Virus record (IMG/VR): IMGVR_UViG_3300028025_003146
Span: 1 to 64,000 of that record
From: a virus
Taxonomy: Duplodnaviria > Caudoviricetes
Direction: 5' to 3' (one strand)
Length of the DNA: 64,000 bases
In this document: in pieces, positions 39,346 to 48,381 of the stretch
Position numbering within the stretch: the first letter of the stretch is position 1
Layout: the number at the start of each line of letters is the position of its first letter
The notes under the pieces: model-generated
The model's database searches: none
The model's input: the letters and a program-made list of their open reading frames with translations, nothing else
What the model was told of the DNA's origin: nothing
Translations under genes and position numbers: made by a program

Positions 39346-39401
39346 AATTCCATTATACTATATTTAAAGGCTTACTACTCAAGCCCTTCATTGCCTAGCT
39401 T

Positions 39402-39728
39402 TTAAACTATTTCTACCCCAGAAACCATAATGCTTACTCCGCCAGCGACATTTGCTGATGCCCAGATAGATTCTCCAGCATTAACAATTAGCGTAGTCTC
39501 TGTTGATCTTGATGTGTTTTCTGCAAGAAGAACGTCACCGAAGATTCTATTTGATAGACCTGGTGTTTGTCCACTTGGAACTAAATAAAGGCTAAAGGCA
39601 ATTGGGCCATTAAATGTGTTGGCCGTAAATATGCTCTTAACAATAGCCTTGTTAGTAAATGATTTTAGATTTGAGTTTGTTGTGCTTAGAAGAACTGGCC
39701 CAATAAATCGTGATGGATTATATGCCAT
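39402..39728 (-). CDS. Small beta-sandwich virion adaptor, paralogue of 44829-45146
   Basis: PSRF N-terminus and VS..VSGV.I C-terminus shared. Confidence 0.65.
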   Translation of the reverse strand: MAYNPSRFIGPVLLSTTNSNLKSFTNKAIVKSIFTANTFNGPIAFSLYLVPSGQTPGLSNRIFGDVLLAENTSRSTETTLIVNAGESIWASANVAGGVSIMVSGVEIV

Positions 39729-39736
39729 TTGGTCTC

Positions 39737-40450
39737 CTAGCTAATTGCCCATTTAGAGATAAGATCTCTTTCGATTGAGATATATTCACCCACGGTAAGG
39801 GCTCTGTTGTAAATAAGCAATTCGCCAATCTTAAATGCTCCGAATGTTGCAGAGTATCTTCCGATTACTTGTCCTGTCATGCTTGTTAGCCCGCCTGAAG
39901 ATGCACCGACTGCTACGTCAACACCATTTCTTCTAACTCTACGTGAGTTGTCAACATTGCTATAAACAAGTGTATAAATTTCTGGTGTTCCTGATAGTCC
40001 TACTGGAACAATAGCATTTTGATCATCGTTACCGAAACCAAACTTAAATGTGTTTGAAGATACGTATCCAGCAATAAGATTATTTCTTGTTCCTGAGTTC
40101 GTTCCACCAATTACATATGTGTTTGCATTTGCTGGCTTTGATGCAACATAAATAACTGTAAAGGAAGATGAGGCGATCCATGAGAGTGTTTGATCTGAGA
40201 ATGGTAGAAAGTCATCTACTCCATCAAAGTTAATTGCTGGAAGTCCTGCTATACCTGTTGCTTGAAATGTTGGTTGTGCTGCTGCAGTTGCTTGAACGCA
40301 ATGTCTAGCCAAACCAGACTTGTCATTCCATTGTGAAACTTTTCCAAGTCCGTCCCTTGTAATTGTAGATGGAAGACCAGCATCTAGCCATAGCTGCAAT
40401 CCAGACAAGGTGAATCTATTTCTTCTAAAGATAATATTATTACTAAGCAA
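39737..40450 (-). CDS. LamG/ConA-like lectin-domain protein (candidate receptor-binding)
   Basis: LQLWLDAG, VSQWNDKSG, INFDGVDDFL, IGELLIYNRAL. Confidence 0.8.
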   Translation of the reverse strand: MLSNNIIFRRNRFTLSGLQLWLDAGLPSTITRDGLGKVSQWNDKSGLARHCVQATAAAQPTFQATGIAGLPAINFDGVDDFLPFSDQTLSWIASSSFTVIYVASKPANANTYVIGGTNSGTRNNLIAGYVSSNTFKFGFGNDDQNAIVPVGLSGTPEIYTLVYSNVDNSRRVRRNGVDVAVGASSGGLTSMTGQVIGRYSATFGAFKIGELLIYNRALTVGEYISIERDLISKWAIS

Positions 40451-40898
40451 TTGGATCTTCCTCCATTATTTTTTCTAGTTCTACTAATGGTCTCTTAGGC
40501 CATGTAATTTCGGATACATCTTTGCTATTCTTAAAAGAAGAAATCTTCTTTCTATAATCTTTCCATGCTGCGAGAGACTTCTTGTCCATATCTGGGTCAC
40601 TCTCAACCCATGCTGTAGACATTAGCTCAAAGCTAATATGTGCGTTTACATTTTCTGTTTTTTCTTCATCTGACATCTTCTGTACTTCTAGTGCGTATAC
40701 TTTGCCACTCTTAACAAATGGTTCACAAGGCACTACTTTTTCTTGAAAGTCATCAAACTCAGGTGTTACTACTTCTAGCAAACCGTTTTCTTTTGCAAAC
40801 TTCTTCTCATCTATTGATTGAGGGATAGAAACATTTGGGAAAAGTTGAGATAGTGCGCCTACAGCGACTACTTTTTTGTCTTCTACTATGGCGTACAT
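40443..40898 (-). CDS. Tail-fibre assembly chaperone-like protein
   Basis: LFPNVS.P and AWKDYRKK...ITWP motifs; paralogue of 50604-51104. Confidence 0.7.
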   Translation of the reverse strand: MYAIVEDKKVVAVGALSQLFPNVSIPQSIDEKKFAKENGLLEVVTPEFDDFQEKVVPCEPFVKSGKVYALEVQKMSDEEKTENVNAHISFELMSTAWVESDPDMDKKSLAAWKDYRKKISSFKNSKDVSEITWPKRPLVELEKIMEEDPIA

Positions 40899-40908
40899 AT
40901 TATCTCCT

Positions 40909-41355
40909 TTAAACGTTTAAATCAGCGAATGCGTATGCACCGAATATTGTTGTGCCACCGTCTCTTGTCATAAAGTTAAGAACGGTTGTATTTGTAGATA
41001 GAAGTGGTGCTACGTTAGAAGCTCCTCCACCATCCCACTTAATTGATGCTGGCCATGTAACTGTAAAGGTACCGCCACCCTTAATTTCTAGCTGCCAGAA
41101 TTGTGCTTTTGGCTCTGTTCCTGTTGCTGGAATATTGCTAAATGCTACTGTGCAGTTTCCGCCTGCAACCATCTTAAATACGTTAGCAAGTGCTACGTTG
41201 CATGTTGCAACTCCTGAAGCGGCAATTGTTCCAAGATCTAGCTGTGCTGATGGCACATTAAGATATGGACGTGCTTGTCCGTTAAGAGGTGCTTGAAGGT
41301 ATGTGTATGTCCAAAGACCTGGGGTTACCTGTTGAGGTACGCTTGTTATTGGCAT
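40909..41355 (-). CDS. Fibre-associated beta-sandwich protein
   Basis: FSNIP...LEIKGGG.FTVTWP..IKW.GG...APLL...VLNF.T.DGGT; paralogue of 51104-51469. Confidence 0.7.
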   Translation of the reverse strand: MPITSVPQQVTPGLWTYTYLQAPLNGQARPYLNVPSAQLDLGTIAASGVATCNVALANVFKMVAGGNCTVAFSNIPATGTEPKAQFWQLEIKGGGTFTVTWPASIKWDGGGASNVAPLLSTNTTVLNFMTRDGGTTIFGAYAFADLNV

Positions 41356-41357
41356 TC

Positions 41358-41639
41358 TTATTCCTCCTCTGGAAGATGCAACTCTGGCAAAGATTGTGGT
41401 CTTGGCCCTTTAGTTTCAGAATCATCTTCATCCCATGCTTCTTGTGCTGCTGTTACTGAAGCAACAGCCTCTGCATGCTCAATTGCCATGATCTCACGAT
41501 CTGTTTTTCCTGGATACTTATCTACAGCTACTCCGTCAACTAGGGTGAATCTATGAAGCAGTTGTGATTCAACAACTTCATGCTCTCCATCTACGTCGAT
41601 TGCGGGTACATGTTGTGGTCCACAGAACTTTAGTTTCAT
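41358..41639 (-). CDS. Small acidic hypothetical protein (possible fibre chaperone)
   Basis: Start at MKLKFCG with AGGAGA SD. Confidence 0.65.
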   Translation of the reverse strand: MKLKFCGPQHVPAIDVDGEHEVVESQLLHRFTLVDGVAVDKYPGKTDREIMAIEHAEAVASVTAAQEAWDEDDSETKGPRPQSLPELHLPEEE

Positions 41640-41656
41640 TTTATTTCTCCTTTTCC

Positions 41657-43234
41657 TTACGGGTTTGACCAATGAGGCATACTTACGATATGCGGATATT
41701 GGGTAGTGTTTGAGTGTGTATCAAATTGATAATGGTGTACTATGTTATACGGCTGTAAATCTCCACCAAATGATAGAGTTGATCCATCTGTTCTTCTCAA
41801 ATTTTTATTAGCTGATCCTGGATCTACAAGATACAGATGTGGCCCAGGAGTATCTCCGTTTTGAGCAGTATATATTGAAATAAACTTGTCTTCCTTGAAC
41901 GGAACAATTGCAGTTCCATTAGAGCCATCTGTATTTCTAAAATAGAATAGCTTTGTTGGATCCTGAGTATTTACAATATGACAGTTAATTCCATTTCCAT
42001 AAAAGTGATATGGTGAATAAATTGCAACCCACTGATTATCCCATGTATTATGGTGCTTTTGTCCATACCAAGTTTCTGATTGATCAATTCCATAAGACGT
42101 TGTGTTTGCTAAGTTGATTTCAGTATCTGTAAATGCACCGATTCCTGAGTTACCAGCGGTTCCTTGAGATGACATGTTCCAATATCCGTATCTCTGTGCA
42201 TAACCGTCATGATTAAATCTTCCAAATCCTACAACACCGTTGTCTCCCATTACAATCTTCATGTGATATGAAGGCTCTGCTCTTGTTGAGCCAGCTTGCG
42301 CCCATGTGAAGTCATAGAATGCATAATTTTTTGCTGTTGCTAAGTGGTTTCCTGTTTGTGGCCCTGCTGCTTTTGCTTCTGACAGGAACTTATGAAGTGT
42401 CCCTGGCTTGTGGCTAAAATCATTTAGGCTATAGCTTGTATTTCTCCATACGTGAAGTCTTATTGCATTAGCAGTTGTAGATTCTACAACAGCAAGCATT
42501 TTGGTTCTATCATTGTAAGATGACATTCCACGATTTGTGCGTCCCGCCCAAGTTGCGTAAGTAGCTGAGTTTAAAGAAACTCTGTCAAAATATCCGTATG
42601 CTGCACCTCTAGGTCTAATGTTAAATTCTGCATCATTAGAGTAATGGCTTACACGTTGTCTTACACCGTAAGCTCCTATAATAGTTCCGCATCTAATTAA
42701 ATATTGATTAGTATCGTCTGCTCTATTCATCCAGTTTCCAGCAAAACCACCATGTAAATTAGGGCGGTATAGCATGTGTCCATCGGCAGAACCCCATACA
42801 GTCGATCCGCCGAAATATGTAGTTACTGTTGATTGACCGTAATTTCCTTGAGTGTATGTGTATGATCTAAAGCTTTCATACCAGTTTGGCATTGAAGAAA
42901 GTTCTGGAGACTGATATCCTGCTAACCAGCCTGGCATTGCATTTGTTCCAATAGATTGAAAATCTGAATTAATTATATTGAATCCAGCTTTATCGTTGTT
43001 ATCGTTAGTCCAGATAGCAAATGTTGGTAGAGGAGAAATTTCTGTATTATTTCTTGATATTACAGGAGAAGCCTCTTTATTTCCAACTATTGATAGCTGT
43101 TGAGAAATTGTTGTTGACGTTGCTGAAATTGCTGTATTATTTGCATTTGCAATTGGAGTAATGATTGCTGCAATTGCAGATTCAAGACCTGGAACAATTA
43201 TTTGTGAAGTGGTTGTTTCTGTATTATTTGGCAT
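41657..43234 (-). CDS. Putative receptor-binding virion protein, paralogue 2
   Basis: 525 aa, aromatic/Asn/Gly-rich beta protein, colinear with 43244-44806. Confidence 0.7.
   Translation of the reverse strand: MPNNTETTTSQIIVPGLESAIAAIITPIANANNTAISATSTTISQQLSIVGNKEASPVISRNNTEISPLPTFAIWTNDNNDKAGFNIINSDFQSIGTNAMPGWLAGYQSPELSSMPNWYESFRSYTYTQGNYGQSTVTTYFGGSTVWGSADGHMLYRPNLHGGFAGNWMNRADDTNQYLIRCGTIIGAYGVRQRVSHYSNDAEFNIRPRGAAYGYFDRVSLNSATYATWAGRTNRGMSSYNDRTKMLAVVESTTANAIRLHVWRNTSYSLNDFSHKPGTLHKFLSEAKAAGPQTGNHLATAKNYAFYDFTWAQAGSTRAEPSYHMKIVMGDNGVVGFGRFNHDGYAQRYGYWNMSSQGTAGNSGIGAFTDTEINLANTTSYGIDQSETWYGQKHHNTWDNQWVAIYSPYHFYGNGINCHIVNTQDPTKLFYFRNTDGSNGTAIVPFKEDKFISIYTAQNGDTPGPHLYLVDPGSANKNLRRTDGSTLSFGGDLQPYNIVHHYQFDTHSNTTQYPHIVSMPHWSNP
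42522..42573. repeat. 52-bp exact direct repeat, copy 1
   Basis: gacattccacgatttgtgcgtcccgcccaagttgcgtaagtagctgagttta, identical at 44097-44148. Confidence 0.95.
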
Positions 43235-43243
43235 TTTTTCTCC

Positions 43244-44806
43244 TTAGACCGTTGTCCAGTGTGGTACTACTGAAATATGTGGGTACATTGTTGTGTGAGA
43301 CATTGTATCAAAAGTAGAATAGAATGTTACGTTCCAGGGCTGCAGGTCTCCACCATTAGCAATGGTTGTTCCATCATTTCTATATCCATTTTCAAAAGCT
43401 GCTTGTGGGTTTGCGTAATATAGGTGTGGCCCTGGCCCATCTGCATTTTGTACGGAGTAGCACATTATAAACGAGCTTTCTCCAAATGGAACTGGTGATG
43501 TTCCCGCTGATCCGTCTGTATTTCTCCATGTGTAGTATTTTGTTGGATCTTGAGTATACACACAGTGAAGGTTAATTCCATTGTGGTAGTAGTGATATGG
43601 TGCGTATGAAATTACCCAGTTATTGTCCCATGAAATATTTGTTCTAATTCCATAAGTATCTCCTTGGTTAATTCCATAAGATGTTGTATTTCCTAGGTTC
43701 GCTCCGCTATCGGTAAATGCTCCAGTTCCACTGTTTCCTGGTGTACCTGGATTAGATGGAATAAACCATCCGTATTGCTGAGCATTGCCTTCTGGAGAAA
43801 ATCTTGAGAAGCCAACTGTTCCGTTGTCTCCCATAATTAATCTCATCACATAAGCTGCCTCTGGATTTGCTGAGCCTGCTGATGTCCATGTAAAATCATA
43901 AAATGCATAACTTGCTGTTGTTCCTGAAGGACCCGCTGTTTTTGCTTCTGACAAGAATAAATGAAGGTCTCCAGATTCGTAATTGCTAGCATTTAAATCA
44001 TATGATGGGTTTGTGTTCTTCCATACGTGCAAGCGAATTTGATTTGCTGTATTTGATTCAGCAACTGCAAGTGTTTTAGTTCTGTCGTTGTAAGAAGACA
44101 TTCCACGATTTGTGCGTCCCGCCCAAGTTGCGTAAGTAGCTGAGTTTAGATTTACCTGATCTACGAAACCGTAAACAGATCCTCTCATTCTAACTTGAAA
44201 TGTTGAGTCTGTCGAATAGTGATTCATTCTTGGACGAACACCACGAACACCAATAATAGTTCCAGATCGTTTTGTGAACTGGCCCCAGTCTCCTGCTCTA
44301 TTAAAATTAGTATTTCCGTAATTTCCAAATGTTTGGAAAGAGTAGAGGTGGTTTCCTTCGTGGCCATTCATATTTGTTCCAGCGCCTGAATAAGTTGTGT
44401 TACCACCCTGACCGATATTTCCGTTTGTATATGTCCAGCCTCTGTAATCTTCATACCAGTTACTTAGATCTGATAGAGCTGCGTCTGTCCATCCACCTTG
44501 ACGGTTATTTAGTCTGCTTGTTGCAACAACTTGAAAATCAGAATTTATAATTGAATATCCAGCTTTAGTATCATTATTTTGATTTGACCAGATAGCGAAC
44601 ATTGGATAAGGAGAAACCTCTGTATTGGTTCTTGATGTAGCAGCATTTGCAACTTTTCCAATTAGGCTTGAAAATTGTCCTGGAATTGCACTTTGCAATG
44701 TTGATACAGCAGCAGATGTCGTATAAGCAATTGGCTGAACAACAGCTGAGATGTTTGTTTCGAATCCAGGAATGTAGACCTGATTTGTAGTCGTATTAAC
44801 TGCCAT
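43244..44806 (-). CDS. Putative receptor-binding virion protein, paralogue 1
   Basis: 520 aa, colinear with 41657-43234. Confidence 0.7.
   Translation of the reverse strand: MAVNTTTNQVYIPGFETNISAVVQPIAYTTSAAVSTLQSAIPGQFSSLIGKVANAATSRTNTEVSPYPMFAIWSNQNNDTKAGYSIINSDFQVVATSRLNNRQGGWTDAALSDLSNWYEDYRGWTYTNGNIGQGGNTTYSGAGTNMNGHEGNHLYSFQTFGNYGNTNFNRAGDWGQFTKRSGTIIGVRGVRPRMNHYSTDSTFQVRMRGSVYGFVDQVNLNSATYATWAGRTNRGMSSYNDRTKTLAVAESNTANQIRLHVWKNTNPSYDLNASNYESGDLHLFLSEAKTAGPSGTTASYAFYDFTWTSAGSANPEAAYVMRLIMGDNGTVGFSRFSPEGNAQQYGWFIPSNPGTPGNSGTGAFTDSGANLGNTTSYGINQGDTYGIRTNISWDNNWVISYAPYHYYHNGINLHCVYTQDPTKYYTWRNTDGSAGTSPVPFGESSFIMCYSVQNADGPGPHLYYANPQAAFENGYRNDGTTIANGGDLQPWNVTFYSTFDTMSHTTMYPHISVVPHWTTV
44097..44148. 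repeat. 52-bp exact direct repeat, copy 2
   Basis: Identical to 42522-42573. Confidence 0.95.
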
Positions 44807-44828
44807 TGTATTTCTCCCTTAAATTATA

Positions 44829-45146
44829 TTATACTTGTGTAATTTTTACGCCAGAGATGAAGACTGAGACGGAGTCTGCAGCACTTGCACTGATCTGAAT
44901 ATTTTCTGCTGTGTTAAGAACTTGCTTAACATCAAGAACAATAATAGCACGAGGCGGAACATCTAGGGTCTTTACAAAGAACTTTCCTGCCATTCTCATT
45001 GTCACTGTTCTAGTAGCATCTGTTAGGTTATCAAATGTGATAGATGTAATAACATCGATCTGTGCTGCTGGTGTTGTGTATACTGATGTTTCTGATGCAG
45101 GTAGTGTATCTGCATAAAATCTGCTTGGTAAGCTTACTGTTGCCAT
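44829..45146 (-). CDS. Small beta-sandwich virion adaptor
   Basis: SVYTTPA...ITSITFDN...VSVFISGV. Confidence 0.65.
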   Translation of the reverse strand: MATVSLPSRFYADTLPASETSVYTTPAAQIDVITSITFDNLTDATRTVTMRMAGKFFVKTLDVPPRAIIVLDVKQVLNTAENIQISASAADSVSVFISGVKITQV

Positions 45147-45147
45147 A

Positions 45148-45480
45148 TTAAATTACTCCCATGTTTGTATAAATTGTGTAGTTATCTATCGAAGATTGGA
45201 TGGTAGCAACGTTTGCTGCTCCAGCCGAATTAACTGCAACGATCTGTGTAGACCCTGCTGTGTTAACTGTTGCAACAGCTCCAGAAGAAGCTGTTTGAAT
45301 TTCTGTCACCTTCGATGATGTAGCAGAAACAATATCATTTACTCCTAGGAGGTTGCCCATTGACTCTAGAGCCTTTGCTAGAAAGACTAGGTCCTGAGAA
45401 TTTAGAGTTGAACTCGACAGGGCTGTTACCTTTGTCTTAAAAAGATCAACTTGTGATGATAAACTTGAATAATCTGGCAT
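45148..45480 (-). CDS. Helical fibre-anchor protein (MPDY family, copy B)
   Basis: First ~50 aa match 51469-52134. Confidence 0.7.
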   Translation of the reverse strand: MPDYSSLSSQVDLFKTKVTALSSSTLNSQDLVFLAKALESMGNLLGVNDIVSATSSKVTEIQTASSGAVATVNTAGSTQIVAVNSAGAANVATIQSSIDNYTIYTNMGVI

Positions 45481-45559
45481 TTTGTTCTCCTATGTATGAA
45501 TTATAGCATAACTGTTTTTATTGTTTAGTACCCCGCCTTGCCTATAACACTCTTAATTA

Positions 45560-45592
45560 TACCCCACCAGCCTTCTTTAGGCCAGTGGGGTA
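45560..45592 (-). terminator. 14-bp GC-rich hairpin after transporter gene
   Basis: TACCCCACTGGCCT-AAAGA-AGGCTGGTGGGGTA; no clear U-tract. Confidence 0.5.
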
Positions 45593-45603
45593 CAGCAATT
45601 ATT

Positions 45604-46554
45604 TTAGAGAATTCCTCCATAGTATAAGGTTATGCCCATTAAGACCACTGGGATCACCAAAGCAAAAATTGCCTTATAGTAATCTTTGAGAGGGGTTCTA
45701 AAGTAGCTCTTACCTACAACTAAACACTTGTGTGCTGGAGACAACATATATCCTGCGTAGTCGACTGCAAAGAATAGCGGCAAAGTTTCTATGCCAAATA
45801 CTCCTACTGAGAGGACGACAAATCCAGCAAACTTGCTAGAACTTCCCAAGGCAAAACTTGCCAAGAATCCAGCAAAGGCAACTAGGATCAATAGATTATT
45901 TTTATGGGCACTTTCTACCCATGCATTTATTGTATCAAAATTAGCCTTTACAATATTGCTCAGGATAATAACAATTCCAGTAAATAGAATTACTCTTGCA
46001 TAATCAAGCAGTTGCTTTCGATCACGCTTTGCATCTGCCTCAAGTTGCCATGGCTGCTTATCGCTTTTCTTTAAAGGCTTGTCTGGGATATTAATTTCAA
46101 TATCATCTTCCTTTAAAATCTTAAATATATAGAAAAGGATTACTATTAATGTTGTAGCAATAAGTGGCCAAAGTCTGCTCATCAACTCCCAGTAACTAAT
46201 ACTTAGTGCTGCCATTGGGAGAAGAACTGTTGCTTCTAGTGGTGACCAAAAGTAGAAATGATGCGTAGAAAGGTAATCAATGATTCCGTAATTTTTACGC
46301 TTCTTTTGATCTTCTGGGGCAATTGTATCTAGTGCACCAGCCGAAACAGCGACACGACCTGAAATCGGCAGTACGCCAGAGAACAGAGAAATAAGAGCAA
46401 CTACTGCTCTTTTAGATTTAACATTTTTGGCAATCCAGCTGTAAAATGGCAGGAATACCTGGGTTTTCTTTGCAGCAAAGGACAATGCCATTACTGACGC
46501 TAGCAGTATTAAGAACTGCTGATTATTTAAAAACAAAGAGGGTGTAATTTCCAT
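45604..46554 (-). CDS. Multi-pass membrane protein, DUF401/ion-transporter-superfamily-like
   Basis: Many hydrophobic segments; SGVLPISGR, THHFYFWSPLE, GYMLSPAHKCL...YF. Confidence 0.72.
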   Translation of the reverse strand: MEITPSLFLNNQQFLILLASVMALSFAAKKTQVFLPFYSWIAKNVKSKRAVVALISLFSGVLPISGRVAVSAGALDTIAPEDQKKRKNYGIIDYLSTHHFYFWSPLEATVLLPMAALSISYWELMSRLWPLIATTLIVILFYIFKILKEDDIEINIPDKPLKKSDKQPWQLEADAKRDRKQLLDYARVILFTGIVIILSNIVKANFDTINAWVESAHKNNLLILVAFAGFLASFALGSSSKFAGFVVLSVGVFGIETLPLFFAVDYAGYMLSPAHKCLVVGKSYFRTPLKDYYKAIFALVIPVVLMGITLYYGGIL

Positions 46555-46569
46555 CTTTATAACCTTTCA

Positions 46570-46727
46570 GCATTTATAGAAATCTAATTTAGATACCTAT
46601 ATAAACACAAGCGCTAGCATCTTTGAGGTCTTAATTCGTGTCATTAAGACGTACAAATATAATAGGCACGTGTGCCTTTGTAGCAAAATACGGTCTTTTA
46701 TATGCTCGAATCCGTATATGATACAAA
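46570..46727 (-). ncRNA. Candidate structured cis-regulatory leader (four hairpins)
   Basis: Stems at 46677-46727, 46664-46677, 46628-46650, 46570-46608; last abuts the SD. Confidence 0.4.
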
Positions 46728-46729
46728 AT

Positions 46730-48376
46730 CTATTCTTTGCTTACAACAACTATGTATAAGCCGTTCCACCAGTCCGTATCAGACTCTAATGAATTTAATA
46801 TCTTCTTACTATATAATATTTTTAATCCTGATTCAAGTATTCCCTTATGGGCACCTTTTACAACATCCGTCCAGTTTGCGTCATCAAATATTAAAATAGA
46901 CTGTTGGGCAAAAGTTGCGGAATAATACTTTACTGCATTTTTTGTAGACTCAAAGTCGTGAGGTCCATCATAAAAGAAAAGATCAATATCCGATATAGGC
47001 TTTAGGTTAACCTTAAACATATCTGAATTAGATATAAATACTTTATTATTACCTTTGTATGGATTAATATTTTTCTTAAACTCTTCTAAGGAATTGGTGT
47101 CTGGTGTTTCCCACCCTTCTCTTACGGCCTGTGGAGCCTCCTGCCAGGTGTCTACGAAGTATGCCTGCAAGTTATTGCCACTCAATGCTGCAGCGGCTGT
47201 AGCACCCTGATAAGAACCAATTTCGAGGTATTTAGAAGAAGACTTAGCCAAACCATTTATTAATGACTGAACTCTAGTCGATGTTAAACCTGGTATATTA
47301 ATTTCAATTGGGTTATTTACAGAATCAACTAATTGCTGTGCAACAATGGCGACCTTTGGACTAATATGATTGCCATATTTTGCAGCCATTATTTTGTCAC
47401 AATAACCACAATCCCAGCAATCAAATTTACAATTTTTGATCTTATTACGCCAGATGGCAATAGGCTTGTCAACCATATTGGTCTCTTCAATAAAATCATT
47501 AAAGCTATCAAATAGAATTTCTTCATTGTTTGCATATCTTTTGATTATATCCATAGTTTCTTTTAGGCGGACATGCGACTCTCTTCCGTGCATCTTAATA
47601 ACATCAATTCCTAGGTCGTCTATAAACTCTTGCCAGTCTTCACGCCATGGTGGGAAATTGGCTGTCTTTAAAGATACGGCAAAATCTTCATGATCCCATT
47701 TCGGACAAGACACTCTGCTTATTGGGTCATTAAAATATTGAGGTCCGTCTGTTCTAGTATTATTAAACTGATAATGCTCATCCATCATTACGCATCCGCC
47801 GTAGCACCCTTCATTGGCAAGCAAGGATATCTTAACGCCGAACTGAGATTTAGCTTTTTTAAAACGCTTTAGCTTCTCGTGATCACGCATTAAATCTCTA
47901 TCAAGATTAATATAATCAAATCCAGCTTTTGCAAGGTGCTCTATGTCCCTTGGCTCTGACACATTTCTGAGAATGGTATTTTTTACAAATAGATCTGGAA
48001 ATGCCTTTTTTATTTGTCCTGTTGCCATCCAGTGTGTGTGAGGTATTGTTGCTGACTTAATACCCGAATCGTATACGGGTCTAAAGTTTTCTATAAACAA
48101 ATCTAAATTCTGTTGAGAGGGTCTAACTTGTATATTATTAAAAACGGCAGAAGCGGTTACCCCAGTCTCGTTTTGAATATGTAAGGCCAGGCCTATAAGA
48201 TAATTATGGTCTTCTTCTCCGCCGTTAAATACATCACCCATGGCGTCTTGGTCAAAAGGAGATACCCTACAGGTAAAATAAAAGTCATATATAAATGACT
48301 TATATTCTTTTAGAAAAGAAATAAACTCATTTAACTGATTTTCAGTTAGCTTGGGGTTTAGTGGTACGCTAAACAT
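46730..48376 (-). CDS. U32-family (Fe-S hydroxylase-like) domain fused to class I SAM methyltransferase
   Basis: LDRDL.RD, LLANEGCYGGC, IDVIKMHGRE, CKFDCWDCGYC; C-terminal YLEIGSYQG, FFYDGPH, LIFDD. Confidence 0.82.
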   Translation of the reverse strand: MFSVPLNPKLTENQLNEFISFLKEYKSFIYDFYFTCRVSPFDQDAMGDVFNGGEEDHNYLIGLALHIQNETGVTASAVFNNIQVRPSQQNLDLFIENFRPVYDSGIKSATIPHTHWMATGQIKKAFPDLFVKNTILRNVSEPRDIEHLAKAGFDYINLDRDLMRDHEKLKRFKKAKSQFGVKISLLANEGCYGGCVMMDEHYQFNNTRTDGPQYFNDPISRVSCPKWDHEDFAVSLKTANFPPWREDWQEFIDDLGIDVIKMHGRESHVRLKETMDIIKRYANNEEILFDSFNDFIEETNMVDKPIAIWRNKIKNCKFDCWDCGYCDKIMAAKYGNHISPKVAIVAQQLVDSVNNPIEINIPGLTSTRVQSLINGLAKSSSKYLEIGSYQGATAAAALSGNNLQAYFVDTWQEAPQAVREGWETPDTNSLEEFKKNINPYKGNNKVFISNSDMFKVNLKPISDIDLFFYDGPHDFESTKNAVKYYSATFAQQSILIFDDANWTDVVKGAHKGILESGLKILYSKKILNSLESDTDWWNGLYIVVVSKE

Positions 48377-48381
48377 TTATC

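Noticed and set aside
35579-39383. TTGAGTAG motif in three intergenic regions (35579, 37535, 39375)
   Set aside because: Orientation and distance to the -10 box differ; could be chance
41657-44806. Diversity-generating retroelement (TR/VR pair) suggested by the duplicated sequence
   Set aside because: No reverse transcriptase in the window, both copies are inside full ORFs, and differences are not adenine-specific
45604-46554. Holin / lysis cassette
   Set aside because: Too long with too many TM segments and no endolysin nearby
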